This document shows, in pieces, positions 21,308-31,431 of a stretch of 56,926 nucleotides of DNA; position 1 is the stretch's first letter; each line of letters starts with the position of its first letter. A model generated the notes under the pieces. That model ran no database searches. It saw only the letters and a list, made by a program, of their open reading frames with translations, and was not told the origin of the DNA. Made by a program: the position numbers and the translations under genes. This DNA comes from an uncultured Clostridia bacterium (GTDB lineage Bacteria > Bacillota > Clostridia > TANB77 > CAG-508), in NCBI GenBank assembly GCA_944386655.1, contig CALXBX010000036.1:1-56926 (forward strand), read 5' to 3'.

Positions 21308-22594
21308 ATGCAAAAACAAAAGAATAAACAAACTGGAATTACATTAATTGCACTTGTGGTAACGGTTATTATCTTAATTATCTTAGCGGGTGTCAGTATT
21401 AATATGTTAGTAGGAGAAAATGGAATTATCACACAAGCACAAACAACTAAGGAAGAAACAAAAGAAAGCACAGCTTCAGAAATAGTAAGTATAGCTGTTT
21501 TAGGAGCTACAAAAGAAAATGGAAACATAGATGTAGCACAATTAAAAAAAGAAATAGAAAGTAGAGGAGGAACTTTAAGTAGCGATACATTGCCTACTAC
21601 TATTACACTAGATGGCTATTTATTTAAAGTAGATAGAAATGGAAACATAGAGCAAAGAAAACAAGGAGGGACTTTAGCGACTGTAACAGGAGAAGAAACG
21701 AGTAATACAACAGTAGAAGATGCCATAGGAAACAAAGTAGTAGTGCCAGCCGGCTTTATTGTAGTAAATCCAGAGGATTATGTAACAGATGGAATTGTTA
21801 TACAAAAAGTAAGTAATGGAAATCAATATGTATGGATACCATGCACTACAGATAGTAGTGATACAAGCAAATTACAATACCAAAGAACAGAATGGGGAGT
21901 AGAAGCAGATAACGATACAGTAGCCTTAAAAGACGAGTTAACTTTAACAGAAGCAAGTGTAACTTATACAACGGAAGATATAGAAAATGGAATAAATACT
22001 ACTGTATCAGCTGAAATAGTAGAACAAATTAATAGTGAAAAAGCTAGTATCGAGCAATATGGAGGCTATTATATAGGAAGGTATGAAACTGGAAATGTTA
22101 GCAATACGGCAGTAATACAGCAAAATGTAGAGCCATATGCCTCTGTAAAATGGAGTGTAGCCTATAGCTTAGCCAAAGAGATAGATGTAGGTAGTGCAGC
22201 AACTTCTTACTTATGTTCTAGCTACGCATGGGATACAGCAATAAACTTTATACAAAATAACACAACATGGAGTAATTATGCAACTTCTAGAGAAAATACT
22301 AATGATAACTGGTTAGATAAAAAAGTAGTAGATGTCAATGGAGCAGTAATAAAAGAAGCAGGAATACCTACAAGATTAAAAACAGGTTTAACTACAGCTA
22401 AAGCAAATATTTATGATATGGGAGGAAATGTAGGAGAGTTTACTACAGAGTTAAAACCAGGAGTAGTTGAAAGTGTAGTACTACGTGGCGGTGTTTACGG
22501 TAACACTATAAATCCGACTGGCGACCGCTGGGACAGCATTCCAAGTGATTCTAGTAGTGGTTATGGTTTCAGAGCTACTTTATTTTTAAAATAG
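21308..22594 (+). CDS. type IV pilin-like protein with C-terminal FGE-sulfatase/C-type-lectin-fold domain, possible DGR target
   Basis: TG|ITLIALVVTVIILIILAGVSI; NIYDMGGNVGEFT, RGG...GFR; paralog of 9681-10874. Confidence 0.82.
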   Translation: MQKQKNKQTGITLIALVVTVIILIILAGVSINMLVGENGIITQAQTTKEETKESTASEIVSIAVLGATKENGNIDVAQLKKEIESRGGTLSSDTLPTTITLDGYLFKVDRNGNIEQRKQGGTLATVTGEETSNTTVEDAIGNKVVVPAGFIVVNPEDYVTDGIVIQKVSNGNQYVWIPCTTDSSDTSKLQYQRTEWGVEADNDTVALKDELTLTEASVTYTTEDIENGINTTVSAEIVEQINSEKASIEQYGGYYIGRYETGNVSNTAVIQQNVEPYASVKWSVAYSLAKEIDVGSAATSYLCSSYAWDTAINFIQNNTTWSNYATSRENTNDNWLDKKVVDVNGAVIKEAGIPTRLKTGLTTAKANIYDMGGNVGEFTTELKPGVVESVVLRGGVYGNTINPTGDRWDSIPSDSSSGYGFRATLFLK

Positions 22595-22598
22595 ATAT

Positions 22599-22637
22599 AA
22601 AAATGCAATTTAGGGGACATTCCTTAAATTGCATTTT
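22599..22637. repeat. family A palindrome copy 4, probable terminator
   Basis: AAAAATGCAATTTAGGGGACATTCCTTAAATTGCATTTTT directly after the stop codon. Confidence 0.8.
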
Positions 22638-22730
22638 TTAAGAAAAAATTACAAATAAAATAGGAAAAAAGAAAAACATATGGTATAATGAATCATGTAA
22701 GGAATTATGAAGCAAAGGAAAGTGATGGAT

Positions 22731-24410
22731 ATGAAAAAATTACCATATGGAATCAGTAATTATGAAGAATTAATAAAAGAAAACTACTATTATGTGGATA
22801 AAACCATGTATATAGAAAAGCTAGAAAATTTGCCAGAAAAAAGAATTTTATTTCTACGACCAAGAAAATTTGGAAAAACGCTATTTACTAGTACACTAGA
22901 AAATTATTATGACCTAAAAAAAGAAAATGAATTTGAGGAGCTATTTGGTAATACTTATATTGGAAAGAATCCAACAAAATTAAAAAATACATATCACATA
23001 TTAAAATTTAATTTTTCTGGAATAGATACTTCTAATGAAGAAACAACCATGAAAGGATTTAAGAGTAAAGTTGCCTCTTCTATTCAGTTATTTGTAGAAA
23101 GGTATGGGATAGACTTTTTTGTAAATAAGGAAGATGAAGCAGAAGGAATATTAGATAATTTAATAAAAGCATTTACTATACAAAAAGCAGGAGAAAAAAT
23201 TTATGTAGTAGTAGACGAATATGACCACTTTGCCAATGAACTTCTAGGGTTTCATACCAACCAATTTAAAGAATTAGTATCCAAAAATGGAAAAGTAAGA
23301 AAATGGTATGAAATTCTAAAAGAAGGTACAGAAAGTGTGATAGACAGAATTTTTATAACAGGAGTAGCACCTATCACGTTAGATAGTTTAACATCTGGAT
23401 TTAATATAGGGACAGATATTACACAAGATAGAGATTTTAACGAAATGATAGGATTTACAAAAGCAGAATTGATACAAATGATGGAAGATATAGAGATTTC
23501 TAAAGCAGAACAAGAAGAAATATTACCTATTATGAAAGAAAGCTACGATGGATATAGGTTTGCAGTAAAAGCAGAAGAAAAAATATATAATTCCAATATG
23601 TGCTTATATTTCTTAAATAGATATATTAGGTTTAAGGAAATTCCAGACCAATTAGTAGATATGAATATAGCAAGTGATTACAGTAAATTAGGGAAAATGT
23701 TAGATTTATGTCAAGGTCAAGAAAGAGAAAAAATCATAGAAAAAACAGTAGAAGGAAAAGGATTTGTAGGAGAAATAACAGAAAAGTTTAACCCAGCTAT
23801 AGAGTTTACAGAAAAGGATCTAATTTCTATGCTATTTTATTTAGGGTATTTAACAATAGAGGATGAAGTGGCAGGATATGCAAAACTAAACATACCCAAT
23901 AAAGTGATGAAGGAAATATATGCAGATTATTTTCTACAAGTGTTAAGAGAAAATACTCCAATAAGTGTAGAGCAAAATTATTCAGAAATAGCAACAGAAA
24001 TAGCTTTAGAAGGAAAAATAGATAAATTAGTAAGTTTAGCTCAAAAATATTTAGAAAATTTATCTAATAGGGATTACATGAAATTTGATGAAAAATATAT
24101 AAAACTGATATTTTATTGTATTGCTATGAATTTAAAAATATTTAGATTAAAGTCAGAAATGGAAGTGCAAAGAAAATATCCAGATATATTGCTAATACCA
24201 AAGAACCAAACAAAAGGGTATAAAGGAATTATGATAGAATTTAAATATCTAAAAAAAGAGCAAGCAGAAAAGCTACAAGAAAAACAAGAAGAGGCAAAAA
24301 AACAGATAGAAGAGTATGCGGAATTGGAAGAAATAAAGGATATATTAGACTTAAACTTTTATACTATTGTAGCAGTAAATGATAAACTATATGTGCAAAA
24401 ATGCAATTAA
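22731..24410 (+). CDS. AAA-ATPase-like protein with C-terminal PD-(D/E)XK nuclease domain
   Basis: KKLPYGISNY, YYVDKT, RPRKFGKT Walker A, VDEYD Walker B, C-terminal YPDILL...IEFK. Confidence 0.9.
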   Translation: MKKLPYGISNYEELIKENYYYVDKTMYIEKLENLPEKRILFLRPRKFGKTLFTSTLENYYDLKKENEFEELFGNTYIGKNPTKLKNTYHILKFNFSGIDTSNEETTMKGFKSKVASSIQLFVERYGIDFFVNKEDEAEGILDNLIKAFTIQKAGEKIYVVVDEYDHFANELLGFHTNQFKELVSKNGKVRKWYEILKEGTESVIDRIFITGVAPITLDSLTSGFNIGTDITQDRDFNEMIGFTKAELIQMMEDIEISKAEQEEILPIMKESYDGYRFAVKAEEKIYNSNMCLYFLNRYIRFKEIPDQLVDMNIASDYSKLGKMLDLCQGQEREKIIEKTVEGKGFVGEITEKFNPAIEFTEKDLISMLFYLGYLTIEDEVAGYAKLNIPNKVMKEIYADYFLQVLRENTPISVEQNYSEIATEIALEGKIDKLVSLAQKYLENLSNRDYMKFDEKYIKLIFYCIAMNLKIFRLKSEMEVQRKYPDILLIPKNQTKGYKGIMIEFKYLKKEQAEKLQEKQEEAKKQIEEYAELEEIKDILDLNFYTIVAVNDKLYVQKCN

Positions 24411-24521
24411 GTAGAAAAATTATGGAAATAAGTAACCACTAAAAAGCAAAATAAAGAAGTAAGAAAGAACAAGAAAACGATATAATCCTCTCTGTAAGAA
24501 AAAAGCAGGGAGGATTTTATT

Positions 24522-25598
24522 ATGCAAAAACAAAAGAATAAACAAAGAGGCATTACATTAATTGTACTAGTAGTAACTATAATTGTACTAATCATACTAG
24601 CTGGTGTTAGTATTAATATGATAGTAGGAGAAAACGGTATTATTACACAAGCACAAAGAGCAAAAGAAGATACGGAAATAAAAAGAGACGAAGAAAAAAT
24701 AAGTTTAGCTATAGTAGAAAGTCAAATAGCATTACATGGTACATATGATGAGATAGATGAAAAAGAATTAAAAAAACAGTTAGAAATTCAATTTGGATAT
24801 AATGCATTTTCAATAGTTAGGAATAATGATATGTCGTATACCATTAAGTTACTAGAAAACCAAAAAGAATATGATATATTAACAAACGGTGAAATACATC
24901 AATTAGATAGAATAATGCATCCAACATCAGTATATGCAATTATATATTCAGATGGAACATTAGCTTTTAATACGACAGGAAATGTTAATCAGGACAAGAT
25001 GAATCAAGGAATAACTGTTCTTTATAATACTAAAAATATGGAAAATATAGGAGATATTAGTAAAACTATATTTGAAAATGAAAATGCAATTCCGTGGATA
25101 AATTATGTCGAAGGTATAAAGTATATCGATATAGAAGAACCAGTGGCACCTTATACAACAGATTTTTGGTTTGCAAATTGTGTTAATGTAAAAGAAATCA
25201 ATTTAGATAATTTATATACTAATAATAGTAGTAGTATGAAAGGGATGTTTTATAAATGTATTAACTTAGAAAAGATTGATTTAAAACATTTGAATACAGA
25301 TAATGTAACAGATATGTATGCAATGTTTTTAAATTGTGAAAGTCTAAAAGAAGTAGATTTATCAAGAATTAATACAGAAAATGTACTTGATTTTGAATGG
25401 ATGTTTGGAAGATGTTATAATTTAGAGCAATTAAATTTATTTAACTTTGATACATCCAAAGCTGAAAAAACAACAGCTATGTTTTATGATAGTAAAAAGT
25501 TATCTGAAATTTTAGTAAGTGATAAGTGGCAAATAAATACAGAAACTTCAACATCTATGTTTACAAATTGTAAAACAGATCATGTAACCTATATTTAA
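24522..25598 (+). CDS. type IV pilin-like protein with BspA/DUF285-like leucine-rich surface repeats
   Basis: RG|ITLIVLVVTIIVLIILAGVSI; about 26-aa repeats of type lNTdNvtdMxxMFxxCxxLxxxdL. Confidence 0.82.
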   Translation: MQKQKNKQRGITLIVLVVTIIVLIILAGVSINMIVGENGIITQAQRAKEDTEIKRDEEKISLAIVESQIALHGTYDEIDEKELKKQLEIQFGYNAFSIVRNNDMSYTIKLLENQKEYDILTNGEIHQLDRIMHPTSVYAIIYSDGTLAFNTTGNVNQDKMNQGITVLYNTKNMENIGDISKTIFENENAIPWINYVEGIKYIDIEEPVAPYTTDFWFANCVNVKEINLDNLYTNNSSSMKGMFYKCINLEKIDLKHLNTDNVTDMYAMFLNCESLKEVDLSRINTENVLDFEWMFGRCYNLEQLNLFNFDTSKAEKTTAMFYDSKKLSEILVSDKWQINTETSTSMFTNCKTDHVTYI

Positions 25599-25606
25599 AA
25601 TCGCAG

Positions 25607-25645
25607 AAAAATGCAATTTAGGGACATTCTTTAAATTGCATTTTT
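25607..25645. repeat. family A palindrome copy 5
   Basis: AAAAATGCAATTTAGGGACATTCTTTAAATTGCATTTTT. Confidence 0.8.
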
Positions 25646-25786
25646 GCTTATATAGCTTTTTTATCACAAAAAATTCCCCCAAAACCACTAGACATAAAGC
25701 AGTTTTAGAGGTATAATCATAAAGAAATGTGAACATCTGCCAAACAGGTAGAGTCCCTTTTGGCAGTATAGGCAGGAGGAAAAAAT

Positions 25787-27568
25787 ATGAAAAATAGCTA
25801 TAGAGATTATACTTGTGGAGAACTTACTTTAAAAAATGTGGGAGAAACAGTAAAATTGGCTGGTTGGGTGCAAAGAATTCGTAATTTAGGTTCTATGCAG
25901 TTTATAGATTTAAGAGACCAATTTGGCATTACGCAAATTGTTATTTCTGATAAACAACCAGAAGCGCAGGAAAAAGCCAATGAGTTAGTCACAGAGTGTG
26001 TCATATCTGTGGAAGGAACTGTTTTAGAACGTACTAGTAAGAATGCAAAAATTCCTACAGGAGAGATAGAAATAGAAGCAAAAAAAATAGAAGTACTTGG
26101 AAAATGCAAAAATGTACTTCCTTTTGAGGTAAATTCGGAAAAAGCAGATATTGCATCTGTAAAAGAAGATTTAAGATTGGAATATCGTTTTTTGGATTTG
26201 AGAAATGATAAGTTACATGAGAATATTTTATTCCGTTCTAAAGTGTTAAAAGCACTAAGAGATAAAATGGATTCCCTAGGATTTAGCGAAATTCAAACCC
26301 CTATTTTAGCCAACTCTTCACCAGAAGGAGCAAGAGACTTTTTAGTGCCAAGTAGATTACATCCGGGAGAATTTTATGCACTTCCACAAGCACCACAGCA
26401 ATTTAAACAATTATTAATGGTAGCAGGTTTTGATAAATATTTTCAAATAGCACCTTGTTTTAGAGATGAGGATCCTAGAGCAGACAGAGCACCAGGAGAG
26501 TTTTATCAATTGGACTTTGAAATGAGTTTTGCTACACAAGAGGATGTGTTTGCAGTATTAGAAGACATTTTCACTTCTATTTTTAAACAATTTACAAATT
26601 GGAAAGTAGACGAAGCACCGTTCAAACGCATTCCATATAAAGAAGCAATGGAGTTATATGGAATCGATAAGCCAGATTTAAGAAATCCATTAATCATACA
26701 AGATGCAACAGAAATTTTTAAAGACGTAGAATTTAATGCTTTTAAAGGTAAACGAGTAAAAGCCATTGTAGTACCAGAAGGAGCAACGCAAACAAGAAAA
26801 TTCTTTGACCAAATGACTACTTTTGCCGTAGAAGAAGTAGGTGCAAAAGGACTTGCATGGGTAAAAATAGAAGAAGAAGGACCTACAGGTGGAATTGCAA
26901 AATTTATAGAGAAAGAAATATTAACCAAATTAAAGGAAGAACTAGGAGTAAAAGTAGGAGATAGCATATTCTTTGTGGCAGATGAAAAATTAGAAACAGT
27001 GCAAAAAATAGCTGGTCAAATTAGAATAGAGTTAGGAAAGAGATTAGATATTTTAGAAAAAGACACCTATCGTTTCTGCTTTATTGTAGATTTTCCAATG
27101 TATGAATATAACGAAGAAGAAGGAAAAATTGATTTTAATCATAATCCATTTTCTATGCCACAAGGAGGTATGGAAGCACTTCTTTCTCAAAATCCATTAG
27201 AGATTTTGGCTTATCAGTATGATGTAGTATGCAATGGTTATGAAATGGCTTCAGGAGCAGTAAGAAACCATGACCCAGAGTTAATGGTAAAAGCATTTGA
27301 AATAGCAGGATATCCAGAAGAAGAAGTAGAAAGCAGATTTGGAGCATTATATAATGCATTCCAATACGGAACACCACCACATGCTGGAGCAGCACCTGGT
27401 GTAGACAGAATGATTATGTTATTGAAGAATGAAGAAAATTTGAGAGAAATTATTGCTTTCCCAAAAAATAAAAAAGCAAGAGATGTATTAATGAGGGCAC
27501 CAAGCAAAGTAACAAAAGAACAATTAGAAGAAGTGCATATTCAAGTAATAGAAGAGAAAAAAGACTAA
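25787..27568 (+). CDS. aspS: aspartate--tRNA ligase
   Basis: PEGARDFLVPSR, ALPQAPQQFKQLLM, CFRDED, YGTPPHAG...GVDR. Confidence 0.96.
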   Translation: MKNSYRDYTCGELTLKNVGETVKLAGWVQRIRNLGSMQFIDLRDQFGITQIVISDKQPEAQEKANELVTECVISVEGTVLERTSKNAKIPTGEIEIEAKKIEVLGKCKNVLPFEVNSEKADIASVKEDLRLEYRFLDLRNDKLHENILFRSKVLKALRDKMDSLGFSEIQTPILANSSPEGARDFLVPSRLHPGEFYALPQAPQQFKQLLMVAGFDKYFQIAPCFRDEDPRADRAPGEFYQLDFEMSFATQEDVFAVLEDIFTSIFKQFTNWKVDEAPFKRIPYKEAMELYGIDKPDLRNPLIIQDATEIFKDVEFNAFKGKRVKAIVVPEGATQTRKFFDQMTTFAVEEVGAKGLAWVKIEEEGPTGGIAKFIEKEILTKLKEELGVKVGDSIFFVADEKLETVQKIAGQIRIELGKRLDILEKDTYRFCFIVDFPMYEYNEEEGKIDFNHNPFSMPQGGMEALLSQNPLEILAYQYDVVCNGYEMASGAVRNHDPELMVKAFEIAGYPEEEVESRFGALYNAFQYGTPPHAGAAPGVDRMIMLLKNEENLREIIAFPKNKKARDVLMRAPSKVTKEQLEEVHIQVIEEKKD

Positions 27569-27644
27569 ATAAAAGTAATAATTGCCAATAAGGAAAATAC
27601 CTTTTTGGCAATTGTTATATAAGGGAAAAAGTTAGGAGAAAAGT

Positions 27645-28700
27645 ATGATACAAGATAGAAAAAAAGGAAAAGTATTATTAGGAATGAGTGGCGGAGTAGA
27701 TAGTTCTGTAGCAGCAGTTTTGTTAAAACAAGCAGGTTTTGAAGTAATAGGGGCAACAATGCGATTGTATCAAAATAAAGAAGAAGGAGAAAAAACAATA
27801 CAAGATGCCAAAAAAGTTTGTGAAAAACTAAAAATACCACATTATACCTTAGATTGCACAAAGGAGTTTCACACTCATGTAGTAGAAAATTTTATTGGGT
27901 GCTATGCTTGTGCTAAAACGCCAAACCCATGTGTAGAATGTAATAAATATTTGAAATTTGGTGCATTTTATGAGAAAGCCAAAGAATTAGGTTGTGAGTA
28001 TATTGCAACAGGTCATTATGCAAAAATAGAGTATGAGGAAACTTATAAAACCTATGTAATGAAAAAATCACAAGCCAAAGAGAAGGATCAGACCTACTTT
28101 TTATATGGTATCCAAAAAGAAATATTACCACATATTCTTTTCCCATTAGAAGAATTAGAAGACAAAGAACAAGTAAGAAAGATAGCAGAAGAGTATAATT
28201 TATCTGTTGCACATAAAAAGGATAGCCAAGAAATTTGCTTTATACCAGATAATGATTATGTTTCTTTCTTAAAGAAAGAGGGACAAAAAGAAGAACAAGG
28301 AAACATTGTACTAAAGAATGGTACTATTTTAGGAAGACATAAAGGATTAATATATTATACAGTAGGGCAAAGAAAAGGATTAGGTATTGCTTATGAAAAA
28401 CCATTATATGTTATTTCCTTAAATGCAGAAACAAACGAAGTAATCGTAGGGAAAGAGGCAGATTTATATAGAACCAATTTACTAGCTACTAATGTAAATT
28501 TTCTATTACCAATCTCTTCTGACAAGATAAATGTAACAGCAAAAATACGTTATCGTGCAAAAGAAGCACAGGCAACTATAAAAAGACAGGGAGAAAATTG
28601 GTTGGTAACTTTTCAAGAACCACAAAGAGCTATTACACCGGGGCAATCCGTAGTTTTTTACATAGGAGATATGGTATTAGGGGGAGGAATTATAAAATAA
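27645..28700 (+). CDS. mnmA: tRNA 2-thiouridine(34) synthase MnmA
   Basis: MSGGVDSS, TPNPCVECN, ATGHYA, KDQTYFL, DSQEICF, ITPGQ. Confidence 0.96.
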   Translation: MIQDRKKGKVLLGMSGGVDSSVAAVLLKQAGFEVIGATMRLYQNKEEGEKTIQDAKKVCEKLKIPHYTLDCTKEFHTHVVENFIGCYACAKTPNPCVECNKYLKFGAFYEKAKELGCEYIATGHYAKIEYEETYKTYVMKKSQAKEKDQTYFLYGIQKEILPHILFPLEELEDKEQVRKIAEEYNLSVAHKKDSQEICFIPDNDYVSFLKKEGQKEEQGNIVLKNGTILGRHKGLIYYTVGQRKGLGIAYEKPLYVISLNAETNEVIVGKEADLYRTNLLATNVNFLLPISSDKINVTAKIRYRAKEAQATIKRQGENWLVTFQEPQRAITPGQSVVFYIGDMVLGGGIIK

Positions 28701-28793
28701 AAAAAACAAACAAATTTTTGTATTTCTATTGACTATTCTTTCTACCTATGTTACAATAAGACACATAATACGGAATAGGGGAGGAGTGATAAG

Positions 28794-29030
28794 ATGGAAG
28801 AACAAGGAAATCCAAACCGTTTCGAACTAATATATGAACTATTAAATGAAATAGAAAATAATCAAATTACCATAGTAAGTATGTTCCAAAACCATCATAC
28901 GGTAACAATGAAAAAACTAATGAAAATGCAAGAGCATGATGAAATTGTGGACATGGTGAATCAAATATTCGAAAGAAGAATTAGCCGAATAGAAGAGGCT
29001 CTATGTAAGATAGAAGGAAAAATAAACTAA
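28794..29030 (+). CDS. small hypothetical protein
   Basis: GGAGGAG RBS; upstream TTGACT/TACAAT promoter-like boxes; downstream hairpin. Confidence 0.65.
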   Translation: MEEQGNPNRFELIYELLNEIENNQITIVSMFQNHHTVTMKKLMKMQEHDEIVDMVNQIFERRISRIEEALCKIEGKIN

Positions 29031-29082
29031 AGAAAAAAGAGGGGGAAAATCAATTAAAATTTTCTCTCTCTTTTGTCTCTAT

Positions 29083-29887
29083 TTAAAAGGATGAGTTATC
29101 TGAAAAAAAGGAGGAAAAAGTGGCAAAAGAATACCCTTCTTGTTTTAAAAATTGGATAGATTCTTGCAAAGCAGTATAAGATTTACTAACATCTATAGTA
29201 TCATGCATTAAAATGACAAGAGTATGCTTGCCTTTACAACTATTTTTTAAATTTTGTAATAATTCGGAGGAAGAATATTTTTGCATAGAGTCATTATTTA
29301 AGGCATTCCAATCTACATAGTAGTAGCCAATTTCCTTTAAATACAATTTAGCATTTTTCTTAGCTACTGCATAATCGGAAGTATGAGAGCCGTTAGGAAA
29401 ACGAAAGAGATGCGATGAGTAAGAGGGTAAACCTAAGGCTTTTGCTATAGCTTCGTCTGTTTTTTGAATTTCGTTCAAAAAAGAGGTTTTACTTTGATAT
29501 AATTTTGTATTCTGGTGGGAATAGCTATGGTTAGCAATAAAATGTCCTTCTTCATAAGCACGTTTTACAATGTCTGGAAATTCTTCTACATGAGAGCCAA
29601 TTACAAAAAAAGTAGCAAGAACATTTTCTTCTTTTAGAATATCTAAAATGATAGGAGTAGCCACTTTGGTTGGTCCGTCATCAAAGGTAAGGTAAGCCAT
29701 TTTTTCGAGATTTGTGTAGAGGGCATCTATTTTAGATCCGCGTATCTTCCAAGGACGCACTAGAAGTGCTTTTAGAACTAGCTTTCTCTCCAACGAAAAT
29801 AAAAAAACAACTGCATCCAACACAAAGAAAAAAGAAGATAATAAAGAAAAATAAAATTTGTTTTTTGGTAATTCCATAAATTTTCAT
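29083..29887 (-). CDS. membrane-anchored polysaccharide deacetylase; probable +1 frame change at CGG 29740-29738
   Basis: NodB motifs YLTFDDGP, ANHSYSH, FRFPNG, ILMHD. GGAG RBS precedes ATG 29887, whose frame gives a TM anchor and ends CGG ATC TAA; the catalytic domain is in the +1 frame. Confidence 0.85.
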
Positions 29888-30046
29888 AACAAAATACTCC
29901 TAGAAAAATATATGTAAAAATTTTAGGATTATGCATCCTCTTATATAACAGTAAAAAAATGAAAATTTTCCTAGAAATATATTGCTAAATGCAAAAAATA
30001 AGGGTAAAATAAACAGGAAATTAAGAAGAGAGAAGGTTAAATAATA

Positions 30047-31423
30047 ATGAAAAAAAATCTTAGATTTTATGTAGCATTCTATCTTGCTAAACTTGCAAGA
30101 TGGGCATTAAAAGTATTAAGAAGAAATGCAAGTTATTTTCCAGGAAAACTAGCAATTACCCTATGTCCGGACTTTTTAGGAAGAATAGATAAACCTAAAA
30201 TCATTATAGGGGTAACAGGAACAAATGGAAAAACAACCGTATGCAATTTATTAGAAGAAGCTTTAAGGAGAAACGGCTATGAATTAATAGATAATCATTT
30301 AGGCTCTAATGTGAATTCAGGTGTTGCTTCTAGTTTAATAGAGTCTGCTGATTGCAAGGGAAGACAAAAAAAAGAAATAGCTGTATTCGAATTAGACGAA
30401 AGAAGTGCGGTAAAAATTTATCCTTACATGAAACCTACCTTTTTACTATGTACCAATCTATTTCGTGATTCTCTAAAGAGAAACGCACATACAGAATTTA
30501 TCTTTAATATTTTGGATAAATCCATACCAAAAGAAACCAAACTCATTTTAAATGGAGACGATTTATTAGTAAGTAATTTGGCAAAAGAAAATGAAAGAGT
30601 TTACTTTGGAATAGATAGATTAGAAACCGATGAGGATACTTGCCATAATATTGTGCAAGATATTAGTGTTTGTCCTAATTGCAGTAGCAAATTAGAATGG
30701 GATTTTGTAAGATATAACCATATTGGACGAGCTCATTGTAGTAAATGTGATTTTGGTTCTCCTTCCATAGACTATGAAGTAACAAAAATCGATTTTGAAA
30801 AAGGAACAATGCTTCTAAAACATAAAGATACAGAAGAAATTTATCCTATTTTAAATGACAATATTATCAATATTTATAATGTACTTGCAGTAATTAGCGT
30901 ACTAAAAGAGATGGGACTTTCTAAAGAGCAAATTGATAAAGGCTTAGAAGGTCAAAAAATTGTAGACACCAGATATAGTGAAGAAATGATAAATGGAATA
31001 AAAGTGGTTACCCACTTAGCAAAAGGATTAAATCCAATTGCTTGCTCTAGAGTATTCGATTATGTAAGAAAACAACCGGGCAATAAAGCGGTTATTATGA
31101 TATTAGACAGCTTACATGATGCAGCTACAAGTTCTGAAAATACAGCATGGCAGTATGATACAGACTACGAATTTTTAAATGATGATAGTATCAAACAAAT
31201 TTTAATGGCAGGTGCGAGATATTTAGATGGATTAGTCAGATTAGAAATTGCAGGTGTGGATAAGGATAAAATCGTAGCAAAAAGAAAAGAATTAGAACTA
31301 GTACAAGATTTGAATTTAGATGGTATAGATAAAGTATTTATCTTGCATGATTTACATTCTACAGAACTAAGAGATAAAATTAAAGAACAAGTAAGAGAAA
31401 AGATAGAAAAGGAAAGGAAGTAG
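30047..31423 (+). CDS. murT: lipid II isoglutaminyl synthase subunit MurT
   Basis: GVTGTNGKTT, TNLFRD, CPNC...CSKC zinc finger, LAKGLNP; adjacent to gatD. Confidence 0.88.
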   Translation: MKKNLRFYVAFYLAKLARWALKVLRRNASYFPGKLAITLCPDFLGRIDKPKIIIGVTGTNGKTTVCNLLEEALRRNGYELIDNHLGSNVNSGVASSLIESADCKGRQKKEIAVFELDERSAVKIYPYMKPTFLLCTNLFRDSLKRNAHTEFIFNILDKSIPKETKLILNGDDLLVSNLAKENERVYFGIDRLETDEDTCHNIVQDISVCPNCSSKLEWDFVRYNHIGRAHCSKCDFGSPSIDYEVTKIDFEKGTMLLKHKDTEEIYPILNDNIINIYNVLAVISVLKEMGLSKEQIDKGLEGQKIVDTRYSEEMINGIKVVTHLAKGLNPIACSRVFDYVRKQPGNKAVIMILDSLHDAATSSENTAWQYDTDYEFLNDDSIKQILMAGARYLDGLVRLEIAGVDKDKIVAKRKELELVQDLNLDGIDKVFILHDLHSTELRDKIKEQVREKIEKERK

Positions 31424-31431
31424 GGTAGGCT

